A DNA stretch of 55,328 nucleotides, the filler included, from Sphacelaria rigidula (taxonomy: Eukaryota), in assembly GCA_964200075.2 (NCBI GenBank). It is 4 parts of 4 records of this genome, joined end to end, with 100 filler letters (N's around TTAATTAATTAA, not from the genome) between each part and the next. Parts side by side here need not be neighbours in the genome. Positions count along the whole stretch, not along the records: positions 1 to 13,760 come from CAXNAA020002684.1; 3 more parts are not named here. The stretch is one strand, 5' to 3'. Positions 1-10,616 of this stretch are shown here, piece by piece (the first letter of the stretch is position 1; each line of letters opens with the position of its first letter). Both the position numbers and the translations under genes were made by a program. The notes beneath the pieces are model-generated. The model was not told where the DNA came from and ran no database searches. It was given only the letters and a program-made list of their open reading frames with translations.

Positions 1-18
1 TCTATCGTAGGATGGCTC
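1..18. mobile_element. Right terminal inverted repeat of a GAG...CTC MITE, truncated by contig start
   Basis: TCTATCGTAGGATGGCTC matches the end of the copies at 3932-4180 (CTCTATCGTGGCATGACTC) and 7815-8063 (CCTATCGTAGGATGACTC). Confidence 0.7.
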
Positions 19-114
19 CTACGCTCCGATATTTCACTTCGATCCTCTCTTGAATGTGAAATATTTGCCTCCCGAGCAAAAACCCCCTTCATACAACCTC
101 CAACGCTTGTGTTC

Positions 115-371
115 TGTGGTCAAATGATACCAAGCCGTAGGTTTCAGTATAATCGCATGCATGATTGGAGCAGTCGCAGGCGACGGGGGATCCTGGATTG
201 ATTACCCTTCTCTGCGTGTCCCCTTGCTGTCTGGCTGTGATGTGATCTGTTGAGGATCACTCCATGATAATAACAAGTGAGAAGAAAGGGCTTGTCGAGC
301 ACGAGGCCAGTGATACTGGAGGAGTCCCTCGTTGTGAGTCCTCTTGTCCAGATTGTCTGGCAGAGGCTACA
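115..371 (+). repeat. 5' LTR
   Basis: Starts TGTGGT, ends GCTACA. Colinear with 5573-5830 at roughly 85-88% identity by manual count. Confidence 0.92.
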
Positions 372-599
372 ATATATAGATATTATTTTTCCGGCACTCT
401 CTTAGAGGAGTTTGGCTGAGGAGAGAAGTGGGCTGCAGCTGGAGGCTAGTTTAGCCCGCCGACAGAGAGACCAACTTGAAGCGCACAGCAGTGGGGGACG
501 CTCCGCGGGCTGGAGGACGCACAAGTCAGGCAAGAGTCTCTCGGTGAAGTGTTGAATTCTAGTCGACATGGCCCAAGCGGCGGCAGCGCCGCTGGTGTT

Positions 600-1304
600 A
601 GGTGAGCCACTAGAGCCGCCAGAGTATGGCGAAGTTTGGACTGAAGAAGCATAAAGAATTTCTATGCCAAATATCTTGACTACACAGAGAGGTTATATTT
701 GGCCAATGCAACAGGAGTCATGCGGTATCAGAGAGTGGGCATCAGACAACTCATCCCTACCTATATTCACCGGTGCTTCGAAGATATGTACAAGAACCGC
801 CGGGCTATGACCTCCGACGAATTTCTAGACGCTATGAAGCATCATGCCGGGTACACTACAACCGGCGGCAAGCATCATGACACTCCGCGGGCTGCAGAAG
901 ACCTGCGTAGAGTGTTTACTATGCCACAAAGCGGTGGGATATCCGTGAAGGATCGTGCGATGATGGTCAGTTTACCGATGGAAAAAAAATCGCAGAAAAC
1001 CCCACGGCGCAAGCCATGTACCATGCAGAGGACCGGAGTTGGTTGCCAGACCCGGCCGAGTTAGTTTCCATAGCTTTGTTGGACGGAATTTCGCCTCCGG
1101 AATTCAAGGCGTATGTTAGATATGTACTCACGCATGCATGTTGACGGCTGGAAAAAAAACCCAACGGTGGTGTTCAAAAACATATTTAATGCCGCCGACC
1201 AGTGGAAGTTCATGGAGGAGCATAGCCGGCGCGATTCTGCGGCAAGTGCAGGTAGTGCGCGCCGCGAACAGCAACAGCAACAAAAACAGCAACAGAAACA
1301 GTAG
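600..1304 (+). pseudogene. gag-like relic
   Basis: Broken ORFs (699-1064, 1113-1304) between the 5' LTR and the protease; assigned mainly by position. Confidence 0.55.
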
Positions 1305-2656
1305 CCGTCATCGCGAGCGTCGCCCACTCGCGCGTGTTAAAACTGCGGCGACACCAGACTTCTGATCAAGGATTGCCCCAAGCCTCGCGCTCAAGGCGCT
1401 GCTGAAGGAAATGCGCGAGATTCATCAGGATCACGAGGCGGTCGCCACGGTAGACGGGGCCGTGCCAACTAGGGTCGCGGGCGCGGTGGCCGCGGTAGCA
1501 AGCAATCGGCGGCGGGTGGTCGTTCCTCCGTTGCTGGTTCTTCCACAACGTCATCAGGTGGTGACTCTGGACCTTATGGTTCGTCCGTAGCGGGGCGAAC
1601 AGTGTACGTGGGAAATGCAAATACTTCGGTGGGGACTGCTGGAGCGAATAGTTCGCAACCCCTCAGCCAGGCAGGATCCGTGTCTGGTGCATCTCCTACT
1701 GCTACGACGGCTGTAACAGCGCCGTCTGCATATTCGGCGACTTGGTTTGGTTGGACCGACGATTCTCAGTTATCGATGTCAAGTGCTGGAGGGCAGTCCT
1801 CGCGTTAGGTGACTCTCGGTACCGACCAGGGTTCTTCGGCAGGCGTGGTACCTGTCGATCGCAACGCTAAATGCTTACGCGCAGATCTTTCCTTGCATGG
1901 TTCTGTAGGTTTGTTCACGGCCCGCATTACTCTGGATTCTGGGTCCGCGCTCATGTCGATCGGTGTTGGGCTGCTAGAGCAAATGTCTTCGCAGTTTGGC
2001 GGCGCTCAGCTCCAGAATCCGTTCGAACATGGACCACAAACGGCACAGACCGCAACGGGTGCTCCCGTGACGGTCACACATAAATTGGTGCCGATTACTG
2101 TCAGCGTGTGTACGCCGTGGGGGGCTGTGGAGTTGCAGCCCATTACTTTCGCTGTCGTGCCCGGTAGGGACAACGTGGTTATATTTGGGATGGCGACGAT
2201 AAAGGAGCTCGGGATTGATTTGAACCCACTGGTGTTGGATGAGTTACGCCCGTGTGCTGTGCCGGTGCAAAAACTGGCGTGGAGAATCCCAGCTATCTTG
2301 CTGCAAGGCATGCGATCGTATCCATACGGTCATTCCAGAGCGCCAATGAGGAGGAGGCTCCTGCGGATGAAGCGGTGGAGCGCTTGGTCGATCGAAGGCC
2401 CGACATATTCATGGACCCTGTGGAGGAGAGAGGTGCAAGAGAACGTGCGCTGGGGGATAGCATGCAGCAGGCCGAGCAGAAGGACCTGAGCGCCGATGGC
2501 GCATATCGTCTGCGCGATATTTTGGCTCGTCGCGTGGATACATTTTGTCGTGCGCTGCGTGGTGATCCGCCAGCGCACGTGGAGCCGATGAGGGATGCTG
2601 CGAGGGCCAAGCCTCGCCGCTACGATTCGGTGAAGACCGTGTGGCTTGCTTCATGC

Positions 2657-2908
2657 GAGCAATGCTACGGTAGGGGTGCACATTTTTCGCGAATTTTTGT
2701 CTGGTTCAGGGGCCCCTAGCGATTCCAGATGCACAAGAATATGGATCAGGGCATCCCCGTTTGCAAATTCATTCGGGATATCCCCAGCACATTGGAACAG
2801 TAATCGTACTTTCGCATCTTTTCATCAGTCGTGTTTTGGATGAGATATAGGGCTCTCGAACATTCTAGCCTCAGAAAATATTTGTGTACCCCTACCGTAG
2901 CATCACTC
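2657..2908. mobile_element. 252-bp MITE with GAG...CTC termini and 4-bp TSD (Sola-like)
   Basis: TIRs GAGCAATGCTACGGTAGGGGTGCACA / TGTGTACCCCTACCGTAGCATCACTC flanked by ATGC on both sides. Removal restores WLASCIAALVAFG of RT. Confidence 0.9.
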
Positions 2909-3931
2909 ATGCATCGCAGCTTTGGTGGCATTTGGTTTGTTGGTTAGGAACGTTCAAACTGTGTGGGCGAGTCCAGCGATGGCGATGCCGAAGAGGGGCA
3001 CATTCCGTTTGGTCAGCGACTATCAGGTGGTGAACGCGCAAGTGGTACAGTCTCCGGGGGTGATGCCAAGCCAAGAAGACATGCGGGAGTTGCTGGGAGC
3101 CCATTGCTTCGGCAAGTTGGACCTACTACAGGGATATTGGCCGATGCCTCTGGCGTCGGAGGCTCAGGGAATCTTCACGATCGTCACGCCTGACGGTTTG
3201 TTTACGCCGGGTGAAGTTCGCTTGGTGAAGGTTCCTACCGTGCCTGTTCGTTCTGTTGCCGTGTACAGCGCGTATGATATCGATGATTCGCTGCCCTCGT
3301 TAGATGCCATTCGTAACGCGCAGCGCAAAACAGTCGGCGACGGTGTTCATTCTTTTCCTACGAGTTTCAGTCAAGCTGCTTTGGCTGACGATGGTTTGTT
3401 CCGCGTGCGTGTTGGTAGTGGTAATGTTTTATGGATTCCGTCGGATGATAAGGCTCTACAAACGCGCTTGATGGTGTGCGCTCACATACGATCGGCTGGT
3501 CACCGTGGGGTGGCGCCGACTCTGTGTCGTCTAAAAAAATACTGTGTGCGGCCTCACATGGATCCCCACGTTCGCGAGTTCGTTCGCCCGTGATTGCATT
3601 GTGTAGACATTCATGCTGGAGTAACTGTACCTCGTCCATATGACGATACTGTGCACGGTACTGCGCCAGGTGAAGTTGTTCACTTTGATTTCCTGTACGT
3701 CGGAAGTAGCGGACCTGAAGGTGCTAATGGTTTGCCTGATGAAGATGGTTTTCGGTACGTTTAGGACATCATGGACTATTTGCCCAATTTCGCTTTCTTG
3801 GAGCCGACCGAGGCTTGCATCGCCGAGCTTACGGCGAAGCACTTGCTCCATTGGTGCAAGACTTTGGGAGTGCCGCATGTGTGGGTTAGTGATACCACCA
3901 CGCACTTCAAGAATCGAGTGATTGCGCAGCT

Positions 3932-4180
3932 GAGTCATGCTACGATAGGGGGGGGGTGCTCGATTCCACGAAAAAATGGGCTCATAGGTGCTTCAGATGA
4001 CCCAAGACACTCGCGGTACGCTTGTATTCGGGTAAAAGCGATGTCAAACAGTATGAATGGGCGTTATAAGTCGGAAGCAAGCGCGTTCGAACTACCGTTG
4101 CTGCTATCAACGACGATTGCAAGTACAATTTTGTGGAAGAAAACGGCCCAAAATGCCCCCCCTCTATCGTGGCATGACTC
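3932..4180. mobile_element. 249-bp MITE with GAG...CTC termini and 4-bp TSD (Sola-like)
   Basis: TIRs GAGTCATGCTACGATAGGGGG / CCCTCTATCGTGGCATGACTC, TSD AGCT. Removal restores VIAQLSDAL of integrase. Confidence 0.92.
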
Positions 4181-5295
4181 AGCTGAGCGATGCGCTCAAT
4201 GTCTAACACCAATTTGCTGTCGCGTATACCCCTCGGTCGAATGATACTTGTGAACGCATGGTGAAAGAGGATATTCGTGCGTTGCGGTCTGTTTTGTCGA
4301 AACAGAGACGACCGGTATCTGAATGGATTGATGTTTTCCCAGCCGCTCAGGGAGCTATGAATACTTATTTTCGTGAACGCTACCGTAACACTCCGTATTG
4401 TGTTATGTTTGGGCGTGCGCCGCGTACAGCGTTTTCCAGGCTGGCTTTTTGTCACTGGCGGCGAGTGGAACGTCGATGTCATGGATGTTGATTCGCTGCG
4501 TGACAAGGTTCGAGGCGTGGTTGACGAGCAAGCGCGGTTTTGTAACGAAGTGCAAGCTGCTGTCGTGGTGTCTTGCGAAACTAAACGCAGGCTTGCTCAG
4601 GGCCAGGCTGTTTTGCCCAAGTTTGCAGTTGGCGATTTCATATTGTATGCCCGTGTTCGTAGGCAAGGTGTGACGCCAAAGTTGATGTCCACATGCACAG
4701 GTCCGTGGCGAGTGGTCGGAGCCGACCACGCTCACGTGTATTTGATGCAGAACATTGTTTCTGGCGCCGTGCACTCGGCCCATGTCACTCGTTTACGTTT
4801 CTAGGCTGACTCGCAGTTACACATCACTGCGGAACTAAAAGATGTATTTCAGCATTCGTATGCTCAAGGTGAATGTCGGACGAATGCTTTGGTGCACGTC
4901 GCTGAGGATGGTAATGGTGATGTCATTGTTTTGGTCGATTGGGAAGGGTTCGGTGCTGAAGAACGTACGTGGGAGTCTCTTCGCAAGATTCACTCTTCTG
5001 CACCTGAAATGTTTTTGAAGGAACTACTGCACAAAATGCGGTTGACTCGGGCGCTGACCAGTAAATTAGCGTCGGAGTATTAGTCGGTGGCTCTGCGGTG
5101 CCCACTGGTGTGCGTTTATATCTACTCTGCTGCCTTAAATCCCTTGGGCCTTTTCCTTTTTGTTCTCATCGTTATATTGCATTTTATTTTATTTGCTCTG
5201 TACTTCCCTCTTCTTTTCCTTTTTTTTGTTTCAGGTCGGCCATCTCTTTTTGTGCTTTGCTTGTGTTGACCTTTTTTTATCACTTTTTTTTGTTA

Positions 5296-5470
5296 CGACT
5301 TCGTCTGCTATGTCGTTCTGTTCGACCTTTCCCCCCCTGTTCCTTCTTTTCTTCAGAACGTGTTTCAGTCTCGATTTTCTTGGGTACGTCCATGGTAAGA
5401 CCACGGCTGGACCCCTGGGGGGTCAGTTAATGTGCGACAATCAATCGATCGATCAATCTATCAATCAATC
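5296..5470 (+). mobile_element. 3' end of a non-LTR retroelement with (AATC)n tail
   Basis: TTCTTGGGTACGTC...CACGGCTGGACCCCTGGGGGGTCAGTTAA...GTGCGACAA followed by AATC repeats; homologous to 14185-14338 and 42926-43110. 5' boundary approximate. Confidence 0.75.
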
Positions 5471-5572
5471 AGTAGTACGGTATTTCTTTGTGGTATGGCG
5501 CATTCGATTCCGCCTTGGTTGTTTGTTGGTTGTCAAGCTCGTTCGTTTGTGTTGAACTCGCTTTGGGGGTGC

Positions 5573-5830
5573 TGTAGCCAAATGATACAGAGCCGTAGGT
5601 TTCAGTATAACCGCATGCATGATTGGAGTAGTGGCAGAGGACAGGGGATCATGGATTAATTACCCTTATCTGTGTAGCCCCTTGCTGTTGAGCTCTTGAT
5701 GTGGGCTGTAGAGGATCACTCCGTGATAATAACAAGTGAGAAGAAGGAACTTGTCGAGCACGAGGCCAGTGATACTGGAGGAGTCCCTCGTTGAAAGTCC
5801 TCTTGTCCAGATCGTCTGGCAGATGCTATA
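5573..5830 (+). repeat. 3' LTR
   Basis: Starts TGTAGC after a G-rich tract (TTTGGGGGTGC), ends GCTATA; direct repeat of 115-371. Confidence 0.92.
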
Positions 5831-6322
5831 GACGACAACACACACACTATTATGGTACAGTATAATAGTAGTTTTAACCACCTATACGCAACAGTCCACG
5901 ATCGAAGAACCTGAGCAGCAACATGGAACAACCATTTTTTATTCCTCAGCCTGCTTCTCTCGGCATCGTGACACATCAGAGAGCATGCCAAAAGTCTATG
6001 GTAGAGTGTGGTGATGCATCACGATCGGATGGCCACAGTATGTTGTACTACAACATTTTGTCGCGGTAGATGGCGATGCCAAAAGAGAGATGTCAACTCG
6101 TTCAACTCGTTTACACATACAAAAAAACTCTCCGACATGGTTTTAGTGTAGGCACGAATTCTATATTTTTAATGGGAGCTGTGCTCCGAGTGTGCGCAGA
6201 ACGCGTTCCCGTCTAAATCGACGCCGCAGGCGCCGATTTGAGTCGCTGGTGACGCTCACTTTGTCTGGGGAACACTACGCGCGCCCCTTGCCGGAGGGTT
6301 CTCGGTATGCCTTCATTGCATG

Positions 6323-6362
6323 GGGTTAGGGTTAGGGTTGGGGATAGGCATAGGGACAGGGT
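6323..6362 (+). repeat. Short interstitial telomere-like (TTAGGG) tract
   Basis: GGGTTAGGGTTAGGGTTGGGGATAGGCATAGGGACAGGG: 2 perfect units plus degenerate ones. Confidence 0.6.
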
Positions 6363-6939
6363 TTGTGTTACTTGAAATAATGAATTTCCGAAAAAGTTTC
6401 ACACCCACCAAGTGGGTATAAAATAACCTAGAAAAAAGTACGTTATTTATATATTATATCAAGAAACGAGCGGGCGACCTGCATTTTCCCGGAGCACCCA
6501 ACGGAGGGGCTTGGGAGGCACTGGTGCCGGCATCTGTTTTCCCGCGTTCTCTTGGTTCAGAGACATGAACACGCGAAAGAGACGGATGATAATAATAACT
6601 CCGGTCGTGTGAACAGCTCGCCTGGCCTGAATCTTTCAGATGTTAGGCCGCGACGACGTCACCCGTATATCCGCGGCCATGAGCCTCCCGCCTAGGTTAG
6701 CCAACGAGAACGCGCAGCTCCTGTTTTGCGATTCCTACAAATATTATCTAGTGCGCGCGTGGACGTTCACCACGCAGTCGTGCAGCATACTGCTGGGTTT
6801 TTTGACGCGTGCAAGTGAAACGATTTGCTTGTGTATCTCACATATAAACTGTAAACGTTCGACTCCTACTACAACAACGGAGTATAGACGGTCCACAACA
6901 GTGTTATCCCAAGGTTGCACACCTGCGATACTAAGTCTT

Positions 6940-7013
6940 GCATGGTTCCTCCTCGCATGGTTCCTCCTCGCATGGTTCCTCCTCGAATGGTTTCTCCTCG
7001 CATGGTTCCTCCT
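6940..7013. repeat. 15-bp tandem repeat (GCATGGTTCCTCCTC) x5
   Basis: Directly visible; the fourth unit has two substitutions. Confidence 0.95.
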
Positions 7014-7814
7014 GATGAGTTTCACACGCGACTCCTTCAGTTGATGAGATGGTGACCAAGCAAGATATACAATATATTGTTTTCTCCTGAGAAGGTATGG
7101 CTGCACCGCGATGATTGCGTCTGACAAGATGTGACTGCTACATGGTGGGTGGATGGGTAGAGAGACGGAGAGTTGGGAGAGGTGTGACTTATTTGGTTTA
7201 TTTTACACGGAGGCGTTTTTTCAACGCCATTTTTTCCACGCTTGAACAAAATCACCTACGAAGCGATTCTGTACCACTGCTTCTGTCTGTTGTACATACA
7301 TGTACTTTCTGTGCCCATAATTTTAGCTGCGCTGGGAGGTGAACTGTTTTGAGTACTATTTATCGACCCAGTGAACCAACCCGCCCGAATTATACCACCA
7401 AAAATTGAAGCATTTAATCACACTCGTTCATCGAGAACCCAAAGCCACTCAAAATATCGACCCCGCCCGCCCACGTGCCTGAATAATTGCGACTTCATAT
7501 AGCCGCGTGCCTGAGATGACACTGTTATTGAGCAAAACTGAAGAAAGTAGTTGCAGCTTCTTGTCCGGGGTATGCTCGTACCATTGTTGCATTGTTACTG
7601 ACTCCTCGCTAGCTATGGACCATGCTCCATGTGGCAGCCTCTCGCAGATACTGTGTGTGTTGTGTGTGTTGTTGTCCCATTTATTCTGGGCACCAGTCTA
7701 CATCTTTCGGTATATGTGGGCGCATCAGTCGGTGTCACACAGAGGAGGAAGGTCAACACAGGAGCTTTTTTTTTTTTTTAATATACCACCTTCCTTCTGC
7801 GGTGCTTGCCTTTA

Positions 7815-8063
7815 GAGTCATCCTACGAGAGGGGGAGGGTATTTTGGGCCATTTGTTGCTCGAAAATAGGAGTCAGATCGTCGTTGAAAGCAGCAACGGT
7901 TGTTCCAATAAGCTTTTTGTGGATCAATAACGCTCATTCATACTGCCTGACACCGTTCGGAACCAAATACAAGCGCAACACAAGTGTGGAAGGATGTCTG
8001 ACACACTTATGAAACCCTTTTTTTGTGCAACCAAATACCCCCCCCCCTATCGTAGGATGACTC
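7815..8063. mobile_element. 249-bp MITE, same family as 3932-4180, opposite orientation
   Basis: TIRs GAGTCATCCTACGAGAGGGGG / CCCCCTATCGTAGGATGACTC, TSD TTTA. Internal AACGCTCATTCATACTG is the near reverse complement of CAGTATGAATGGGCGTT in the other copy. Confidence 0.92.
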
Positions 8064-8280
8064 TTTATTTGTTTTTTCATCGCGAGAAGAGCGGTTCAGC
8101 AGGCCCTTTCCCTCGTCGACCGTAAAGTCGAATTTTGTGTACCCACGACATAGTCGCTCTCCACTCTTGGGCATGGTGTGAGCAAAGATTCCAGATAACT
8201 CCGGGAACCGAACCCCCCTACTCAACCATCAGAAGAAGGTTATGAGGTAGGTTACCAACTGAGCCACCGGGGCGACCGGT
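8064..8280 (-). mobile_element. tRNA-derived SINE-like element
   Basis: Minus strand begins ACCGGTCGCCCCGGTGGCTCAGTTGGTAA (A box), has GGTTCGGTTCCC (B-box-like) and ends in an A-rich tail; no intact cloverleaf. Confidence 0.65.
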
Positions 8281-8323
8281 TTAGTACTTGTAAAACTCAC
8301 TCTCGATCAACGCAAGACTCTCA

Positions 8324-8509
8324 GGCGGTGTCTTATCAAATTGTTTTCGACTCGAAAACGTACGATGGAATCGAATTCGCTCATTTCTGATTCGTCCACG
8401 CTGTTCATTTTCTCACATGGTTGATTACATGTTGTGGACGTATAAGGTACGAGCAAATTTGATTTCACCGTACGTTTTTGAGTCGAAAACAATTTGGTAA
8501 GACATGGCC
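8324..8509. mobile_element. PIF/Harbinger-type MITE
   Basis: ~55-bp imperfect TIRs (GGCGGTGTCTTATCAAATTGTTTTCGACTC / GAGTCGAAAACAATTTGGTAAGACATGGCC), 3-bp TSD TCA; second copy at 41006-41186. Confidence 0.8.
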
Positions 8510-9100
8510 TCAATCTCACCACGCAGAAATCGTCAAATCGTCGTTCGAAGTTTGATCGTTCTTTGGAATATTCTCAGGATCGGTTCACATTATCGAACGC
8601 AATCATATTTACGAGTATTCCCAACGGTCTTCTTGCGGAGACCGGAACGCAAGCGCCAGCGAAAGGTTATGCAAAAGAGCTGCTCTTTTGTCATAAACTT
8701 CGGCAACAGCAGAGCAGCTTTTCTAGAAGTTTTGACGTCAAAAACCATCACCATACGCTCTCCCAAGGTATGACGGAGCCCATCATCCCCGCATACACGA
8801 CGGACCAAACCGTATGGCAACATAGCGTCCCTTTCAGCGCCCCCACCCCCACCTATCCCATTAGACACAGCTTTCTTGAAAACGAGTACTTTTTTGGACG
8901 CAGAGTTACAGCAGCTTTCTTAGAATTTTCCTTGGGTGCAGGATGACATACACAAAACACGCCTTCGTACCCGCAAATGCCTCGAAAACAGGACCGTCTG
9001 TACGCTACGGTTGTGTGCTGTACTGTCTGCACAAGTTACATCTATTCTGGAGTAGGCAGGAGCAGACGGCAGTGTTGTAAGTAATATAACATTGACACAG

Positions 9101-9239
9101 TGGAGGTGTCGCTATTCATCCCATGGCTACCGCTGGGAAAGGAGTGTCCGGAGGAGGAGGAGGCGGGGGACAGGATGACCAAGCTGTTCCCGTAGCTCGT
9201 GCAATTGGTCAGGTAGAGAGCGACTTGAAATTTGATTGA
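9101..9239 (+). CDS. Possible terminal exon of an unidentified gene
   Basis: ACACAG acceptor, then GGVAIHPMATAGKGVSGGGGGGGQDDQAVPVARAIGQVESDLKFD*; no recognisable domain. Confidence 0.25.
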
Positions 9240-9789
9240 CGGATTATTGTACTGAAGTGTAGATGCCAGACTACAACAACAGTACAGTTCACTTGCACAA
9301 TAAGGTATGGGGGACATGTTTCAGTACAGTACAGTGCGAATAATGTCGCACAAAACAGCTGTGGGTTCACCGACCGTACCGCACAAGCATGGATGCGTGA
9401 CGGCTTAGGGTATAGTCAGCGGTACGTCAGATTTGTAGCGAGTGATAGCCCTGAAGATTGGACATTATTGTTACGAGTATCGTACCTACAAGTAAATGGA
9501 TGCGCTGTTGTCAGCTGAGCGCCATCTTCTTAACACTGGACAGCACATTCAGTGTTACACAGACAGAGGCGGGGTATCGGGCCACACACGCCAGGGTTGA
9601 TTGTCAAGACGCACCCCATCCTGCCTGTCACTTCCTCTCTAATATGCCACCATCGTCGGCGAACGAAGCCAATGTCGTACTTGTCTCGCTTAGTTCGTTG
9701 TCAAGAAAGCTTGGCTTCAGTTTGATAAAAACAAACAGGAGGGCTGCTGTGAGAGGTAAAAATGACGATATCAGAGCACATGTGTTGTC

Positions 9790-10212
9790 CTCCCTCCCGC
9801 CCTGGCCCTCGAGCCGTCGAGGCCGGGCCGGGTGAGCTGAAGGCAGGGACTCCTGGAAGAGTAAATCATTGGACTTGTGTGGAGAATCAGTGACTCCTAC
9901 TGTCAATCTTCTCCGCACCACAGTCGTGCGGAGAGTAGGTGAACTCTTACTGTCGAACTGGCCCGCGCCATACGGTGGATACCACCTGCAACACAGTCGG
10001 ACTCCTCCCCCGGCCGTGGCCCTCGAGCTGCCGAGTCTGGGTTCGACCAGCTGAAGGCAATGGCCCCTGTCAAGGTAGAACATTTAGTTCGTTCAGAGAC
10101 CAAGTGAATCTTACTGCGAAACTGCTCCGCACCACAGTCGTGTGGATACTGAGTGATCCTGCTGCCAAGCTGCACCACGCCATACGGTGAATACCACCCG
10201 TAACACAGTCGT
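9790..10212 (+). repeat. Diverged tandem duplication of a ~215-bp unit
   Basis: Shared blocks TGGCCCTCGAGC, AGCTGAAGGCA, CTCCGCACCACAGTCGTG, CGCCATACGGTG.ATACCACC and AACACAGTCG occur twice in the same order. Confidence 0.8.
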
Positions 10213-10239
10213 TGTTATGTCGTGAAGATGTCAGAACAC

Positions 10240-10616
10240 GCCCTACCCCTGTCAGCTGGGGCCGTTAATCTGAATCATCATCAACCCCGAAAACATCCTA
10301 CCCGTAGCTATAGTAGCAGGCGGCGACGTGCGTCTAAGCGTAAAGTTCAACTAGGTGGAGGTCGACGTGTGCGGGCCCGCTGACCACCGTACCGGAGACC
10401 CAAGGCAGGAACCGGAGTAGGCTAGAGAGTGTGTGGAGACGGAGAGTAGTCCACAAGTGGTGAGTGCCGCACCAAGAGAAGAGAGAAGGAAAAACAGAAG
10501 GAGAGAAAGGCCAGCTCGGTGAGTAGCCAAAGTATAGGCCCGCCTCAATCGTCCTGCTGTGAGGGGGGTGTCACCATCCAAGGAGCTGGTGGTTGCCATC
10601 TGGAACGTACGCACTA
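10240..10616 (+). mobile_element. 5' fragment of an APE-type (RTE-like) LINE
   Basis: Reads KELVVAIWNVRT, the N-terminal WNVRT motif of AP endonucleases, and is then interrupted by the TIR element at 10617. Confidence 0.6.

Larger units (their letters stand above)
1809..5083 (+). pseudogene. pol relic: protease, partial RT, integrase, chromodomain
   Basis: ITLDSGSALMSI (~1925); KPRRY...WASPAMAMPK...FRLVSDY...FGKLDLLQGYW (2610-3140); AHIRSAGHRG (~3480); integrase core 3680-4440; GPWRVV (~4700); chromodomain 4889-5083. The RT YxDD region and RNase H appear deleted near 3210. Confidence 0.9.
115..5830 (+). mobile_element. Degenerate Ty3/Gypsy (chromovirus-type) LTR retrotransposon
   Basis: Direct ~257-bp LTRs at both ends. 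Internal order is gag-like region, protease (LDSGS), RT N-terminal motifs (WASP, LVSDY, LDLLQGYW), integrase (GHRG, HFDFLY) and chromodomain (VDWEGFGAEERTWE). Many stops and frameshifts. Confidence 0.93.

Noticed and set aside
5087-5555. Hydrophobic ORFs suggesting an env-like gene
   Set aside because: Arise from T-rich low-complexity UTR or retroposon sequence in all three frames.
6323-6362. True telomere
   Set aside because: Only two perfect units, internal to the contig.
8190-8280. tRNA gene
   Set aside because: A and B boxes are present but there is no acceptor stem or cloverleaf; better explained as a SINE head. The same applies to 19680-19750.
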